Below, in pieces: positions 39,218 to 51,908 of a stretch of DNA of 64,000 nucleotides. The notes below the pieces were generated by a model. That model searched no databases and had not been told where the DNA came from. It worked only from the letters and a program-made list of their open reading frames with translations. Origin of the DNA: Mobula hypostoma (lineage: Eukaryota). How positions within the stretch are numbered: the first letter of the stretch is position 1; every line of letters begins with the position of its first letter. Location: NCBI RefSeq assembly GCF_963921235.1, contig NC_086097.1:234672001-234736000 (forward strand), written 5' to 3'. A program made the translations under genes and the position numbers.

Positions 39218-39879
39218 TGTTACATGTCCGCAGTTTCGTTTTCCTGGGAGTCCATAGTTTTGTTTACCGTGAGCGTTACCTTATGACGTATGCCAACAGT
39301 ATAAAAGAAATGTGGGCATAGTGCTGAGCAGGAGTCGAAGGAAAGAGAGAGAGAATAAAGACTGCAGACGTTGAGCTATCATGGAACAGTTCACAATCGA
39401 GAAGGGAAAAGTCTAATGTTTACCCATATTGTCTGTCCTTTGTATGATCCATGGGTGTGGATGTCATGACAGTCACTTTGTGAAATCACTCTTTGTGGAT
39501 TTCGGATCAGTATTCCTCAACTGGGATCTTCCGTAACCGTTTCTTCGTTCGCTAGCCGTGGAATCTTTGGAATTCGTCGTGATCGCCTCGTCGCTTCACT
39601 GTGAATCCACAAGTCTCTCCCCTCACCTATTTCATGAATTACTGGGACTCTCTGATCTGCCACTTTAAGACTGTGCTTGAGTAAGATTTGTTAAGAACGG
39701 GTTCAAAGTTTGACTGTAAGGGAGCTATAGACGCATAACACTGTTAACTTCTGTTTAAGAAAGTAGTTTATTTAATTTTCTATATTTTTGAGTAGATGTA
39801 AATAAATATAGGGGTTTTAATATTAAAACCCGACTCAATTTGTCATCTCTTGCTGCTGGTATGTTATGAAATTGTAACA
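39218..39879 (+). mobile_element. Solo LTR (662 bp)
   Basis: TGTTACA...TGTAACA inverted ends; TATAAAAG at ~39300; AATAAA at ~39801; interrupts an antisense Rex-like 3' end; TSD not clean. Confidence 0.78.
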
Positions 39880-40694
39880 GTTGCGACAGTCAGTTCAAGA
39901 AGCAATTAGTTGTAGGGAAGTAGCTGCTTGTGTGGGACTTCAGGCTTTTGTACTTCCTACTCAATGTTAGCTGTGAGAAGATCAGATGGAGGGGACCTGT
40001 GATGACAGACTTTGCCTCCCTGAGGCAGTGCCTTCTATAGATACCACTAATGATGGGGAGGGATGTGTCTGTGATGTACTGGGTGAAATCCACTACTCTC
40101 AGCAGCCCCTTACAGTGCATATTCACATTGTTGTACTAGACCATGATGGAACTTAGTCAGAATACTTTCAATAGTACATCAATAGAAGTTTGCTAGAATC
40201 TCAAATCTCCTTAACCTTCTAAGAAAGTAAAGGTGCTGGCATAGCTTCCTGACGATGCATCTATGTGCTGGGGCTTGAAGAGGTCATCTGATATGTTAGC
40301 AGCCGGGAAATTGAAGATGACATCTTTCCGCCTCTGATTTCCTCTTCCTGATGTTAACAATCGGTTCTTTAAATTTACTGACATTGAGTGGAAAGTTGTT
40401 GTTACAGCACCAATCTACCAGATGTTCTACCTTGTTCCTCTGAAAGCAGTGGAAAGCTCCAACCACCTCTCAGATTACACACCTTGTCAAGCACCTTATG
40501 TTCCAGCAGAGGCAGAGTTCAATGGTCCCACAGTAGCCTCATCAGCTGCCCTGGACCACAAAAATGTGACTGGCAGCTACCGTCCTTGAGATGGACACCG
40601 TGCCTACGAAGCATACCCAACACCAAATGATGTGGAAGTGGCTGTTTTAATTTTATTTCAGCTTATACAAGTTTATCCTGGGTGTAGGTAAACT

Positions 40695-40980
40695 GGGGCC
40701 GCACAGTAGTGTAGTGGTTAGCAGAACGGTTTACAGCACCAACAACCCAGGTTCAATTGCCGCCACTGCCTGAAGGAGTTTGTATGTTCTTTCCATGACT
40801 GTGTGAGTTTTCTCCCAGTGCTCTGGTTTCCTCTCACCATCCAAAGACTTCCCAGTTGATAGGTTAAATGGGCATTGTAAATTGTCCTGTGATAAGGCTA
40901 GGATTAAATAGGGGGATGCTGGGTAGTACGACTCAGAAGGCTGGAAGGGCCTATTCCGTGCTGTATCTCAATAAATAAAT
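40695..40980 (+). mobile_element. HE1-like V-SINE
   Basis: tRNA-like head GTAGTGTAGTGGTTAGC..GGTTCAATTGCC; V-domain; tail TATCTCAATAAATAAAT. Confidence 0.8.
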
Positions 40981-41842
40981 CTGTTATGAGTAAGTTGATA
41001 TTCTTTTATCTCTGAAACTTTGAATCTATCAAGACTAACTGAAAATTGAACAGATCAGGTCACCGGATTGATCTCCACACAATTAAACATAGTTTTCTTT
41101 ATCGTCTTAGCCCATACCCCTATGGGACATAGGCCTGCTACAGCACCTTGCCAGAGTCCTCAGTCCTGGCTCTTTCTGTCAAATTGTCCCTGGGTGTAAC
41201 CCACCTTCAAAGATCCTTCCTCTCCCAGAAATGAGGTTTTTGGAGCTTCTTCTGGCATCTCTGTAGCACTGAGTTTTTATGGGATGGGGTTGCTAGCTGC
41301 ATGCTCAACCCTCCCCCTTTTGTAGCCAGGGTGGGGTTAAACAACTTTATAAGCAGAATAAGTAATCCGCTGATACTTCGAAGGGAGGTTATACCAGGAA
41401 TCTGCAGAGGGCAATAGAGTGCCTTCTTACAGTAACAGAAATCTATTTAATTTCAATTTCAAAGGTGCCATGCTCTGTTTCAAATTTGCTTTAACAAAAT
41501 AAAGGGATGGTGAAAATCTTGTTTTTTTTTTAAAAGGATTTTTGAGTTACTCCAGAGAAAATTATGTTAATTAGATTTTTGTTCCATATAGATTTTTCTT
41601 TGGAAGTAAGCATGAATCTCATCCTTTCACTTCAATGGAACCACATTTCCAAAATGAAGTATAACATGCAGACACTTCTGCACATTAATGCTTTCAACTG
41701 AAGATAAATTACTCCCTTGAAAACTGTGGATTAAGTAAACTGCTGACGTTCTTTTATTGTGGACAGTAGCTATTTTATGCAACATACATCAAAGTTGCTG
41801 GTGAACGCAGCAGGCCAGGCAGCATCTATAGGAAGAGGCGCA

Positions 41843-41876
41843 GTCGACGTTTCAGGCCGAGACCCTTCGTCAGGAC
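41843..41876 (-). ncRNA. Mirror-image minimal hammerhead ribozyme motif
   Basis: Exact reverse complement of 41877-41910. Confidence 0.75.
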
Positions 41877-41910
41877 GTCCTGACGAAGGGTCTCGGCCTG
41901 AAACGTCGAC
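41877..41910 (+). ncRNA. Minimal hammerhead ribozyme motif
   Basis: GTC-CTGACGA-AGGGTCTCGGCCT-GAAA-CGTC^GAC; predicted cleavage after 41907; palindromic ACGT stem III. Confidence 0.75.
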
Positions 41911-42939
41911 TGCGCCTCTTCCTATAGATGCTGCCTGGCCTGCTGCGTTCACCAGCAACTTTGATGTATGTTGCTTGAATTTCCAGCATCTGCAGAATTC
42001 CTGTTGTTTTAGTAGCTATTTTATGTTACTATTACTAAAACTTTACTCTAAAATTTCTATACTGTATGTGTCCAATGCTGCCATAGTAACCTGTTATCTG
42101 TGCCTTGAGTGGCAATGAAACCCCTGTCAATATGTTGAAATTCTGCCAAAATCTTTCTGTCAAATTCTCTTTTCTCTTTCTCACATTTGACATTTCTCAG
42201 TCTTTATGCATAGTTTTTCATCAACCCCATTGTGTGTGTGTTTTATTATTTACCTGTAAATGCCTGCAAGAAAATGGATCTCAAAGTTGTATATGGTCAT
42301 CCATATACATATTTTGATGATAAATTTATTTTAAACTTTGAATGCAAACAATATGATTTTCAGTTTCATGTCAGAGTTAATGACAGATTTTTTCTCACTT
42401 TGTTTATTAATTCTGAAGGAAATAATTAAAATAAAGAATGTTTATCGAGTCTAATAAGTTCAAAATAATTAAATATTTCAATGGCATGTGTGGTATAACA
42501 AAAGTTTAATTATGAATATAACTGAGTAGAAATATTAGTTGAATAATGTTTATTCCCCTCCATAGATGCTGCCTAACCTGCTGAGTTCTTATAGCATTTT
42601 GTGCGTAATGTTCTAGAACTTTTAGTAATTAATAAAAACTTAATTTCCATGAAATATAATTTGATGATTGTATTACAGTCAACAGAAAATTACTTGCTTC
42701 AATTCTATGGGATAGAAGTGGTATTATCAATGAATATTCCTCTTGATAGTCAGTCCATGCTGTCCACACTCTGGACTCCAAGTGAGCATGGGTTGCTGTC
42801 AGCTTTGGATGAAATATGTGATTACAATGTCCCACAAAAAAAAAGCCTCCTTGCAATAAGGCTCGGATAGGTCAAATAACAACTTCACATTCCTTCAGGT
42901 ATCAGGCACAGAGGAGGAAAGTGAAGAAATTGTATGCTT

Positions 42940-43210
42940 TATTTATTTATTTAGGGATACGGCATGGGACAGACCTTCCGGCCCAATGAGACAAGCCACC
43001 CAGCAACCCATCTATTTACCCTTGCCTAATCACAGGACAATTTACAATGACCAATTAACCTACTAACCGGTACATCTTTGGACTGTGGAACTAAACCCGC
43101 ATGGTCACGGACAGAATGTACAAACTCCGTGCAGACAGCGGTGGGAATTGAACTCTGAACTCCAACAAGCCAAGTTGTAATAGCGTTGCACTAACTGCAA
43201 TGTTACTGTG
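42940..43210 (-). mobile_element. HE1-like V-SINE
   Basis: Antisense ACAATTTACAATGACCAATTAACCTACTAACCGGTACATCTTTGGACTGTGG; (ATTT)n tail. Confidence 0.8.
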
Positions 43211-43651
43211 ACTTCATACACTGATGACTGCATATAGTTAATATATTTATATTCTATGCCTATTGAGTTATGACATGTTTATAAGGGCATGTGTAATGAT
43301 GGTTTATTTAAAAGAAATTGTTTCTTGCCTTGTGATAATTTATTTGTAATTTTTGACAAATCTCTCCAAGTAATTGGAAGCCAAGCAATGTATGATATCT
43401 GTGTACAAATATACTTTATCATGTGCTGGTTATCAACCACCACGTTGGCAGAGAGTGTTACTTCCCATCATATTTTCAGTGTGTCATAATCAGTTACTCC
43501 CCAAGTAAAAGGATTTTACTGATTCCAGACAGTGTCAAAGCACAGTCTGGGTAATTGAAGGAGAATTAGTGCAATCAGTTAAAGGGCATCAGATTTGAAA
43601 ATGAGATATCGAAAATAATGGGCCGACCCTATCTCTAAAAGCATGATCTAT

Positions 43652-43965
43652 GGGGCCGGCTGGTGGCGCAACGACATCGGCGCCGGACCCAGGAGCGGAG
43701 GTTCCCGGGTTCGAAACTAGTCGGGTCCGCTCCCAAGTACGCTTTCCATCCATGCCGGGCTGAGTGTCGAGATTGCAACTCGACCTCGTAAAATAGAAGA
43801 AAAATACTGCTAAAAGGAGGAGTGGCGCGCCACACAGTCTCTCTCTCGCTCCACACCTTGAAAAAAGCCGTGAAAAAGACATCATCACAGACGTACGCAC
43901 GGACGCACGCACAGACATGCAGACGCACAATCACAGACTCGCACGCACGCAGGCACATGCCAAAA
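43652..43965 (+). mobile_element. CpG-rich tRNA-derived SINE with A tail and 15-bp TSD
   Basis: A box TGGCGCAACG 43664-43673; B box GGTTCGAAAC 43708-43717; TSD AAAAGCATGATCTAT / AAAAGCCTGATCTGT (13/15). Confidence 0.85.
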
Positions 43966-44316
43966 AAAAGCCTGATCTGTGATCTAACGTTCAATATTTG
44001 TAAGTACAGAATCCACATTAAGTACTATTTATGATGCATTACACAAAATTAGCATGAATCTTTGAATAGCTTTGCTGCATTCGTGAACAGCATAATAACT
44101 CATAATGAACACATATTGTCTTGTAAATGTATGTTTTTCTCTGTACCTTGGTAAAAATAATCTAATTTATCAATAAGAGGGAAATGTGGCAGGACTAGGG
44201 AAGAATTAAGGACGGGAGAAAAGTAATCCTTCCTTCTCAGAATTTTACCCCAAATAATGTAATCCTAACCAACATGTCATTTTGTTAAACATTTTGAAAC
44301 AATTCCCTTTTCTTTT

Positions 44317-44477
44317 ACAAGAGAAAATCTGCAGATGCTGGAAATCAAAGTAATACACACAAAATTCTGGAGGAATTCAGCAGGCCAGGCAACATCTATG
44401 GAATAGAATAAACAGTCGACGTTTCAGGCCAAGACCCTTCATTAGGTTTTGACGAGTCAACCCAAAATGTCAACTAT
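44317..44477 (-). mobile_element. Penelope pLTR with decayed HHR and a short inverted arm
   Basis: Minus strand CCTAATGAAGGGTCTTGGCCTGAAACGTCGACTG; inverted remnant TTTTGACGAGTCAACCCAAAATGTCAACT after 44446. Confidence 0.75.
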
Positions 44478-45227
44478 CCTCCTCTCCTTTACTTGTGTGA
44501 TTTCATGAGCTGATTCAAAGTTCGAAGTACGTTTTATTATCAAAGTTCATATATGCCACCATTAACAAACCTGACAATCATTTTCTTGTAGGCATACTCA
44601 GCAAATCTATTGAACAGCAGCTATATCAGGTGATAACAAGTGCTGGGAGAATTCAAGTGATTTTGAGTTCTCCCAGGATAGAATTAGTTTAGTTGGATGC
44701 TGTCTACCTGTGTTTTGCCCCAAAACAATGGTACACGAACCTTCAACATTTTCTCTATCACTGTGATAATTCCTTTTCATATGTCAACTCCTCCTTGTGA
44801 GTGAGATTGGTAATTTACCACTGATTTGAATCAAGTGTAATAGGAGATTTAATGAGGACATCTGAACTCTTTGATAGCTTTCCTTTATATGATTTCTTTT
44901 CATGACTGGTTTAATCTGCTCTGAGATCTCAGGTCGGATAACCATCCAATCAAAACCGTTGACGATATAAAAGAAATAAAAGATTTCTTTATAATTAAGA
45001 GTGCAATAGTAAATCATCATAAACTGAACATTTCAATATCCATTTTATTTACATAAGATAAATTTTAATTATGTAATATTAGTCAGGATAGTTTTGGATT
45101 CTTAAATCAAAAATCAACAGGGTGAAGCTTTTTTTTAAAAACTGAAGGTTAAAATGTGCGTAGGTATAATTTTATTCCACATTGTTGTGTAGACTCAGAA
45201 CTGAAGCAACTGAAACCAAGTTTATTC

Positions 45228-46030
45228 AAATATTCAAAGATTCAAAGATTCAAAATACATTTACTATCAAAGTACATATGCAGCAAACAACCCTGAAATT
45301 CAACTTCCAAACTGACAGCCACAAAACAAATAACCATGGAACCAAACCATTCAAAGAAAAGCGTCAAACTTCTCCTTTACCCATGCAGAAAAAAAAACTC
45401 TGCAAGGGGCAACAAATAAAGAGCAAAAGCACAGAATATAAAACTCAAAATTATAAGGCATAGCACTCAGTTCAATGTTCATTATCTGTAGGTGTTCCCA
45501 ACTCAAAAATCACCCAAGAGTAGAAAGCAAAAAAGGAGCAATTAGAACTGGTACACACTAGAGTCCAAATCTACAAACTGCATCAATTAATCCTTGTTCC
45601 AGCACCATTCTTCAAGAGATCACCTGAATGCTAGAACCTTCCCTTGAGTGCAGCAAGCTCGAGGGGAAGAGAGATACACACACACGCACCTACCTTGCTT
45701 TAGCAGCAGCGAGCAAAAGGCTGGTAGACAGTGCTGAACACTGGCTCGCCCTCTGCATCTTCCTCGATGATTTCAATCTTCCTCTGCACTTTAATTGGTG
45801 AGATTGCCAAGAGACGGAGTCAATCATGGGCTCACGCCCCATCTCCTGGCTTTCTGGCCTCGTGGAACCCAATTAGCCTGAAAACAAGTGTAAGTAACAG
45901 ACTCCAGTAGCAGCAGAACCACATTTGAAATAAAAAGAAGATGTAAACAAAGAAAAATAAGGGAAAAGAGTTGCTTCATGAACTGTGTTGAGAATATTGC
46001 CTTTGGTAGCGTTGTTCACTGGCGACATCA
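45228..46030 (-). mobile_element. Non-coding retroposon with (TCTTTGAA)n tail
   Basis: Tail TTCAAAGATTCAAAGATTCAAAATACATTTACTATCAAAG shared with 58224-58620; no ORF. Confidence 0.55.
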
Positions 46031-46394
46031 GGCGCTCACAAAACAAATTTTTTGATTTAATACAGATAGGTTCTTATTAAATTTTTGTGGCAAATGGAAT
46101 AACTTTCAAAGTTACATCAATTATTTAATGTGATCTTGTGACTTAATAATTCTAGTTCTGACATTATCCTTTTATTAAGTAACACATCAGATATGAAAAA
46201 AATTCCATAATAATAAAAGAATAAAAATGATGTTTCTAATACTTAACAATAACAGTTTGAAGGATAAAGTGTTATAGTTACAGACAAAGAGGGGTGCAGA
46301 CAGACAATAAAGTGCAAGGTCATAATGAGGCAGGTTATTTTCCCACAATGCATTGCTGTAAGGGCGATCATGTAAATAAACTGAAACAAAAGTT

Positions 46395-46580
46395 TGTGAA
46401 AAAGGATCAAGCTGTATCGAAGAGCTGGAATTCAATTGTAAACAAGGTGGCTCAGTGGAAACCTGATAGGATGAGGACTAACCAATCAGGAGGGATGGAT
46501 AATGGGGTTATAAATACCATCAGATGAGACATGCCCAGACATCATCCCTGATGAAGATAGCAAAAATATGTGTCATTATC
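46395..46580 (+). mobile_element. 3' end of a second Penelope-like family with truncated HHR core
   Basis: ..KDQAVSKSWNSIVNKV.., then TATAAATA and CATCCCTGATGAAGATAGCA..TGTCATT; the GAAA half is absent. Confidence 0.5.
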
Positions 46581-46749
46581 CAAATATCTAAGCCTTAAAC
46601 AACCTATTAAATATATCATTGACTGGTTTGAACAAGTAAGTATTACAAATATCATTTTCATTCTTTTATTATTATTGAATTGTATTCAGAACTTATGTAT
46701 TTTCTGTTAAAAGGATGACATCAGAACTTGTAAGGTCACCTTATAATTC

Positions 46750-48110
46750 TAGGCATCCGTACAATCATGGGATAGAGGTTGATCTTGACTCCAGTGGTAC
46801 ATGTTTTCAGGCTTTTGTATCATAAGCCCATTGGGAGAGGGGAGAAGAGAAAGTGTTTCTTGTGGGGACGATCTTCGATTATGCTTTACTGAGGCAGTGG
46901 AAGTACTGACAGAGTTCAAAGAAGGGAGGCTGGTTTCTGTGATGTGCTGAGTCATGTCCGTGACTCTCTGCAGTTTCTTGAAGTCTCAGGCTGAGGAGTT
47001 ACTACATCAAGCCGTGATACCTCCTGATAAAATACTTACGTACTTTAGTGCAGATAAACAGAAGACAATAAATTGTGCAAATGCAAATATAAATAAATTG
47101 CATTAAATAATGAGAAAATAAGATAATGAGAAAATGAGTCCCTGAAAGTGTGAAGTTGAGGATAGTTATCCCCTTTTGTTCAAGAGCCTGATGGTTGAGG
47201 GGTCGTAACTGTTCTTGAACCTGGTAGTGTGGGTCCTGAGGCTCTTGTAACTTCCAATTGATGGCAGCAACAAGGAGAGAGCTTGGCCTGTGCGTTGGAA
47301 ATTTCTGATGATGGATACTACTTTCAGCGTTTCATGTAGATGTGTTCAATAGTTAGGAGGACTTCACCTGTGATGTACTGGGCTGAATCCACTACTTTTT
47401 ATAGGATTTTCTGTTCAAGGGCATCTGTGTTTCCATACCAAGCTGTGATGCAGCCAGTCAAATACACTCTCCATTGCACATCTATAGAAGTGTGTCAAAG
47501 TTTTAGATATCATGCCAATTTTCTACCAACTCCTAAGGAAGTAGAGGTGCTGTCACGCTTTCTTCACAATTGCTCCAACACGGTGGGCCCAGGACAGGTC
47601 CTCTGAGGTAGTGATATTGGTGAGCTGTCTTGGTTATGGAGTGTATGTAGGACCAGGGCAGGCTATAGGTCATGTACATTCCCAGGAAGGCAAAGCATTC
47701 AGCCCTCTTGACCTCAGCATCATTGATGTAAACAGAGGCAAGAGCACTTGCTTCTCTTCCTGAAGTTAATGATCAGCTGTTTACTTTTGTTGATATTGAG
47801 GTAAAGATTGTGTCATGATGCCTTGTGACTAGGCGCTCTATCTCTTTCCTGTACACTGATTCACCATTATTTGAGGTATGGCCCACCACAGTGGTGTCAC
47901 TTGCAAACATGCAGATGGAGATAGGAATAAATCTGTCCATGCAATTGTGAGTGTATAAGGAATAGAGCAGGGCGGGGAGGACGCAGCCTTGTGGAGCACC
48001 AGTGTCAAGGGTAATTGTGACGCGAGTGTTGCCGCATATCCTTATTAAATGCAGTCTGTTGCTCCGGAAGTCACTTGGAAAAATGGGGACACAAAGATTG
48101 ATAGCATTGC
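46750..48110 (-). mobile_element. Degenerate Rex1/Babar-like LINE fragments
   Basis: TGAPQGCVLPALLYSLYTHNC..FASDTTVVG in ORF 47773-48147. Confidence 0.8.
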
Positions 48111-48142
48111 TTAGTGTGTGGGGGAAATATTGTCTCACAAAC

Positions 48143-48945
48143 TTCAAAGGTCCATTTTAATGTCAGAAAAATGTATATAATATACATTCTGAAATGCTTT
48201 TCCTTCACAACCATCTACGAAAACAGAGGAGTGCCCCAAAGAATGAACAACAGTTAAATATTAGAACCCCAAAGTCCCGCCCAAGCTCCCCTCCCTCCCG
48301 CGTGTAAGCGGCAGCGAGCAACAATCCCCTCACTGGTAATAAAAATCATCGGCACCCGCCACTGAGCACTCACACATGAGCAAAGCAATAGCAAAGACGC
48401 AGACTTGCAGTTACCCCAAATACTTTGTCTTTCACCCGGTATATAACATACCACAGGCTCTCTCTCTCCTTAATAAGGGAGAAAGAAGCGTCTCCATTTT
48501 CCTAGCAAGCAGGGAGAGATAACAAACAACTCATTGGTTTATGATGTTAAAAGTCCCTTACATCACTTTATTTGTGCTCTGTGCCCAAAGATCTCAAAGA
48601 TCTCAGGTCTCCAAGCACACAACCATATGTATTTCGACTCCCCTGATGACACACGGGTCTCCTGCCGTGACATCGGCCCGTAATCCACTCATCTCCAGAG
48701 CCCCGAGATCCTAGGCTTCCAAATCCGAGCCGGACTCTTATGCCGAGCCTTTGGCGTGTCAAACAATGGCCAGTTATGAAACCCTGAGAGCGGGTCCCAT
48801 TCCTGCAAAGAACCAAAGTCAGTGTGTAATTCCAGGTCAGGGTCTTCAAAAGAACCCTGAAAAGGAAAAATAAAGATATTAAAAGATGGAAATAGAGCTG
48901 TTTCTGAAGATGCAAGCGAAGGAGTTGCCGTTTACCGTTATCAAT
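48143..48945 (-). mobile_element. Non-coding ~800-bp retroposon with LINE-like tail
   Basis: 3' part matches 10715-10830 (GAGTGCCCCAAAGAATGAA..CAGTTAAAT.TTAGAACCC); no credible ORF. Confidence 0.55.
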
Positions 48946-48969
48946 ACTCTGCTCAGCCTCCAGAAATAA

Positions 48970-50020
48970 AACTTGATTGAGGTCTTTGAGAAGGTGACTA
49001 AGCAGATTGACGATAGTGTGGTAGTGGATGTTGCCCACATGGATTTTGATAAAATATTTCACATGGTTCCTCATGGTAGATTGGTCCTGAAGATAAAGTC
49101 CTGTAAGATCCACACTGGGTTGGTAACATGAATACAAATTTTGCTTTGTCAGACAAAACAGAGGGTAATGATAGAAGGTTGTTTTTCTAATTGAAGATCA
49201 ATGCTGGGACATCTGTCATTTTTAATATTAAACATTTGATATCATGAATGATTTGGATGAAAGTGTAGGTTCTGATTAGTAAGCCTGCAAATGACATAGA
49301 AATGTGTAGAGTTGAGATAGTAAGGAAGGTTGTAAAGGTGGCAGCAGGATATAGATCAAATGGATATGTGGGTGGAAGTAGCAGATTGTTCAGTCTAGAA
49401 AAATGTGAGATGATGTTTTTTGGGAGGTCAGATGCAAGTGGAAAGTATACAGTAAATGGCAACAACATTGGAAATATTGATGTACAGAGGGAACCTGGAG
49501 TGCAGATCCATACGTCCCTAAAAGTGGCAACATGGGTAGATGGCGTGGTGAAAAAGGTGTGCCACATCCTTGCCTTCATCAGTTGAATATAAAATTTGAA
49601 ACAACACGTTGTAACTGTATAAAACTTTTGTTCGGTCACATTTGAAGTATTGTGTACAATTATGGTTCCCACATTATAGGAAGCCTCTGACCCTTTGGAG
49701 ATAGGGAAGAGTGGGTTTATGAGAAGTAGGACACATTTCATCCCCTAGAATAGTGGAGGCTGAGGGTGACCTGAAAGGACAATATACAATTATAAAAGAT
49801 GTAGTTAGGTTAGATAGTCAGTGTACTTCCTCAGGATAGAAGCATCATATACTGGAGACCATAGGTTTAAGGAGAGGGGGAAGTCAATAACGATTTACTA
49901 TGCAAATTTCTTTTTTTCACACACAGAGAGTAGTTGGTGTCTGAAATATGCTGTCAGTGGAGATGGTAGAAGAAGATATGATAATATCATATGGGGCTTT
50001 TTGGTAGCACATAAATAGTC
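48970..50020 (+). mobile_element. Old CR1 RT fragment
   Basis: LIEVFEKVTK.ID..VVDV.HMDF; FSLEKCEMMFFGRS..GVQIHTSLKVA. Confidence 0.8.
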
Positions 50021-50972
50021 AGTGTGATGGATATTCACTTCCCAGTGCCTGAGAGGTTCGTTGATAAACCCAGCTTTCGAGCGCAACTGCATAACCTTCG
50101 CAAAGGGTCAGGGTTGTTGGCGATAAAGTTAAACATTTTAACAAATATTCTTTGCTCAGCTTTTTGTTGTGAACACAAAAGCAGTCCCCAGTTCTTAATG
50201 TAAATTGCAAGCAGACATAAGTTTGATATTGGAGGCACGGATTTGCAAACTAAAGTAATGGAGACTTGCCCCCATTAGTCAAATGCCAGACAAAGGAGTT
50301 ATGTCACTTAACACATCAAACATGGTTGCATGTTGGGATGTGTGTGTACTCAGAGGGTCAGCCCCCATATCATTAACTGTGGATGTTTGGGATATCTGTC
50401 ACCAGAAGCTGTTAAGAACATCTGTGTGAATTACTTTGTCCCAGCAAATGTACCTGCAAAATATCACATGCAGATGATGTCACCCTGCAGAAAATGGCAT
50501 ATATATCAGAAAGACTGCAAAAGGCTCAGGCGCATACAGTATATGTATAGCCAGGGTCATATATGTCCTGAAATTAGTTTTTGTTTGCAGCAGCAGTACA
50601 GAGCAATACATAAAATACTGCAATGGTGGGCAAATGTTTTAGGCAACCTAACTATTTATATGTGCCTAATAGTTTTGCACAGTGCTCTAGAGGGATTAGG
50701 TATAATCTCCCTATAGCTAGGGTACCTGTAGAAATCGACATCGGATAAGACTTAAATCTGCTTTTGGATTTAGGGCTTTGCAAACAGGGAGCCTGATGCC
50801 TTCACAACAGAATATAGAAGGAACAGGCCATGTACAAGAAGATGGGGTTAGTTTAGATTGGACATTATGGTCAGCACAGTAGTGGGCTGAAAGTCCCATT
50901 TCAGTACAGTTGATATTTCGGCAGAAAATGTTGACTGTACTTTTTTCCACAGATGCTGCCTGGCCTGCTGAC

Positions 50973-51908
50973 TTTGCCCTCCTTTACCCTCTGTATATCC
51001 ATGACAGTGTCGTCACCCACAGCTCCAATCCGCTAATTAAATTTGCTGATGATACCACATTGATTGGCCTAATCTCAAATAATAACGAGGCAGCCTACAG
51101 AGAAGTCACCACCCTGACACAGTGGTGTCAAGAAAACAACATCTCCCTCAATGTCACAAAAAAAAGGAGCTGGTTGCGGATTACAGGAGGAATGGAGACA
51201 GGTTAACCCCTATTGACATCAATGGATCTGGGGTTGAGAGGGTGAACAGCTTTAAATTGCTCAGCATACACATCACCTGGGATCTCACGTGGTCTGTACA
51301 TACTGGATGTGTGGTGAGAAAAACACAACAGTGTTTTTCACCTCGGACAGTTGAAGAAGTTTGGTATGGGCCCCCAAATCCTAAGAACTTTCTACAGGGG
51401 TACAATTGAAAGCATCCTGACTGGCTGCATCATTGCCTGGAATGGGAACTGTACATCCTTCAATCGCAGGACTCTGCAGAGAGTGGTGCGGACAGCCCAG
51501 CGCATCTGTAGATGTGAACTTCCCACAATTCAGGACATTTACAATGACAGGTGTAAAAGGGGCCTGAAGGATAATTGGGGACCTGAGTCACCTCAACCAC
51601 AAACTATTCCAGCTGCTCCCATCCAGGAAACAGTACTACAGCATAAAAGCCAGGACCAACAGGCTCCAGGACAGCTTCTTCCACCAGGCCATCAGACTGA
51701 TTAATTCACGCTAATACAATTGTATTTCTACATTATATTGACTGTCCTGTTGTACATACTATTTATTACAAATTACTATAAATTGTACATTGCACATTTA
51801 GACACATACAGTATATGTATATGTATATATACATATGTATATGTAACATAATGATTTTTACTCCTCATACATGTGAAGGATGTAAGTAATAAAGTCAATT
51901 CAAATCAA
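50973..51908 (+). mobile_element. Rex1/Babar-like LINE 3' part inserted into a Penelope pLTR (50905-50972 / 51909-51968)
   Basis: LYIHDSV..LIKFADDTTLIGLI; FYRGTIESILTGCI; flanks rejoin as CAGATGCTGCCTGGCCTGCTGA|..TTCCAGCATTTTGTG. Confidence 0.85.

Larger units (their letters stand above)
41780..42010 (+). mobile_element. Young hairpin Penelope pLTR insertion: perfect 196-bp palindrome plus pLTR tail, 15-bp TSD
   Basis: AGTAGCTATTTTATG at 41765-41779 and 42011-42025; 98-bp arms with zero spacer centred on GGAC|GTCC (41876/41877); 3' end homologous to the pLTR at 28656-28800. Confidence 0.93.

Noticed and set aside
41759..42118. ORFs giving the same peptide on both strands
   Set aside because: Automatic consequence of the DNA palindrome; no coding evidence
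42601..42870. Short ORFs in unique AT-rich DNA (also 44784-45020)
   Set aside because: No domain recognised; lengths are compatible with chance
43652..43730. tRNA gene
   Set aside because: A and B boxes are present, but it continues into a SINE body with tail and TSD, and there is no convincing cloverleaf
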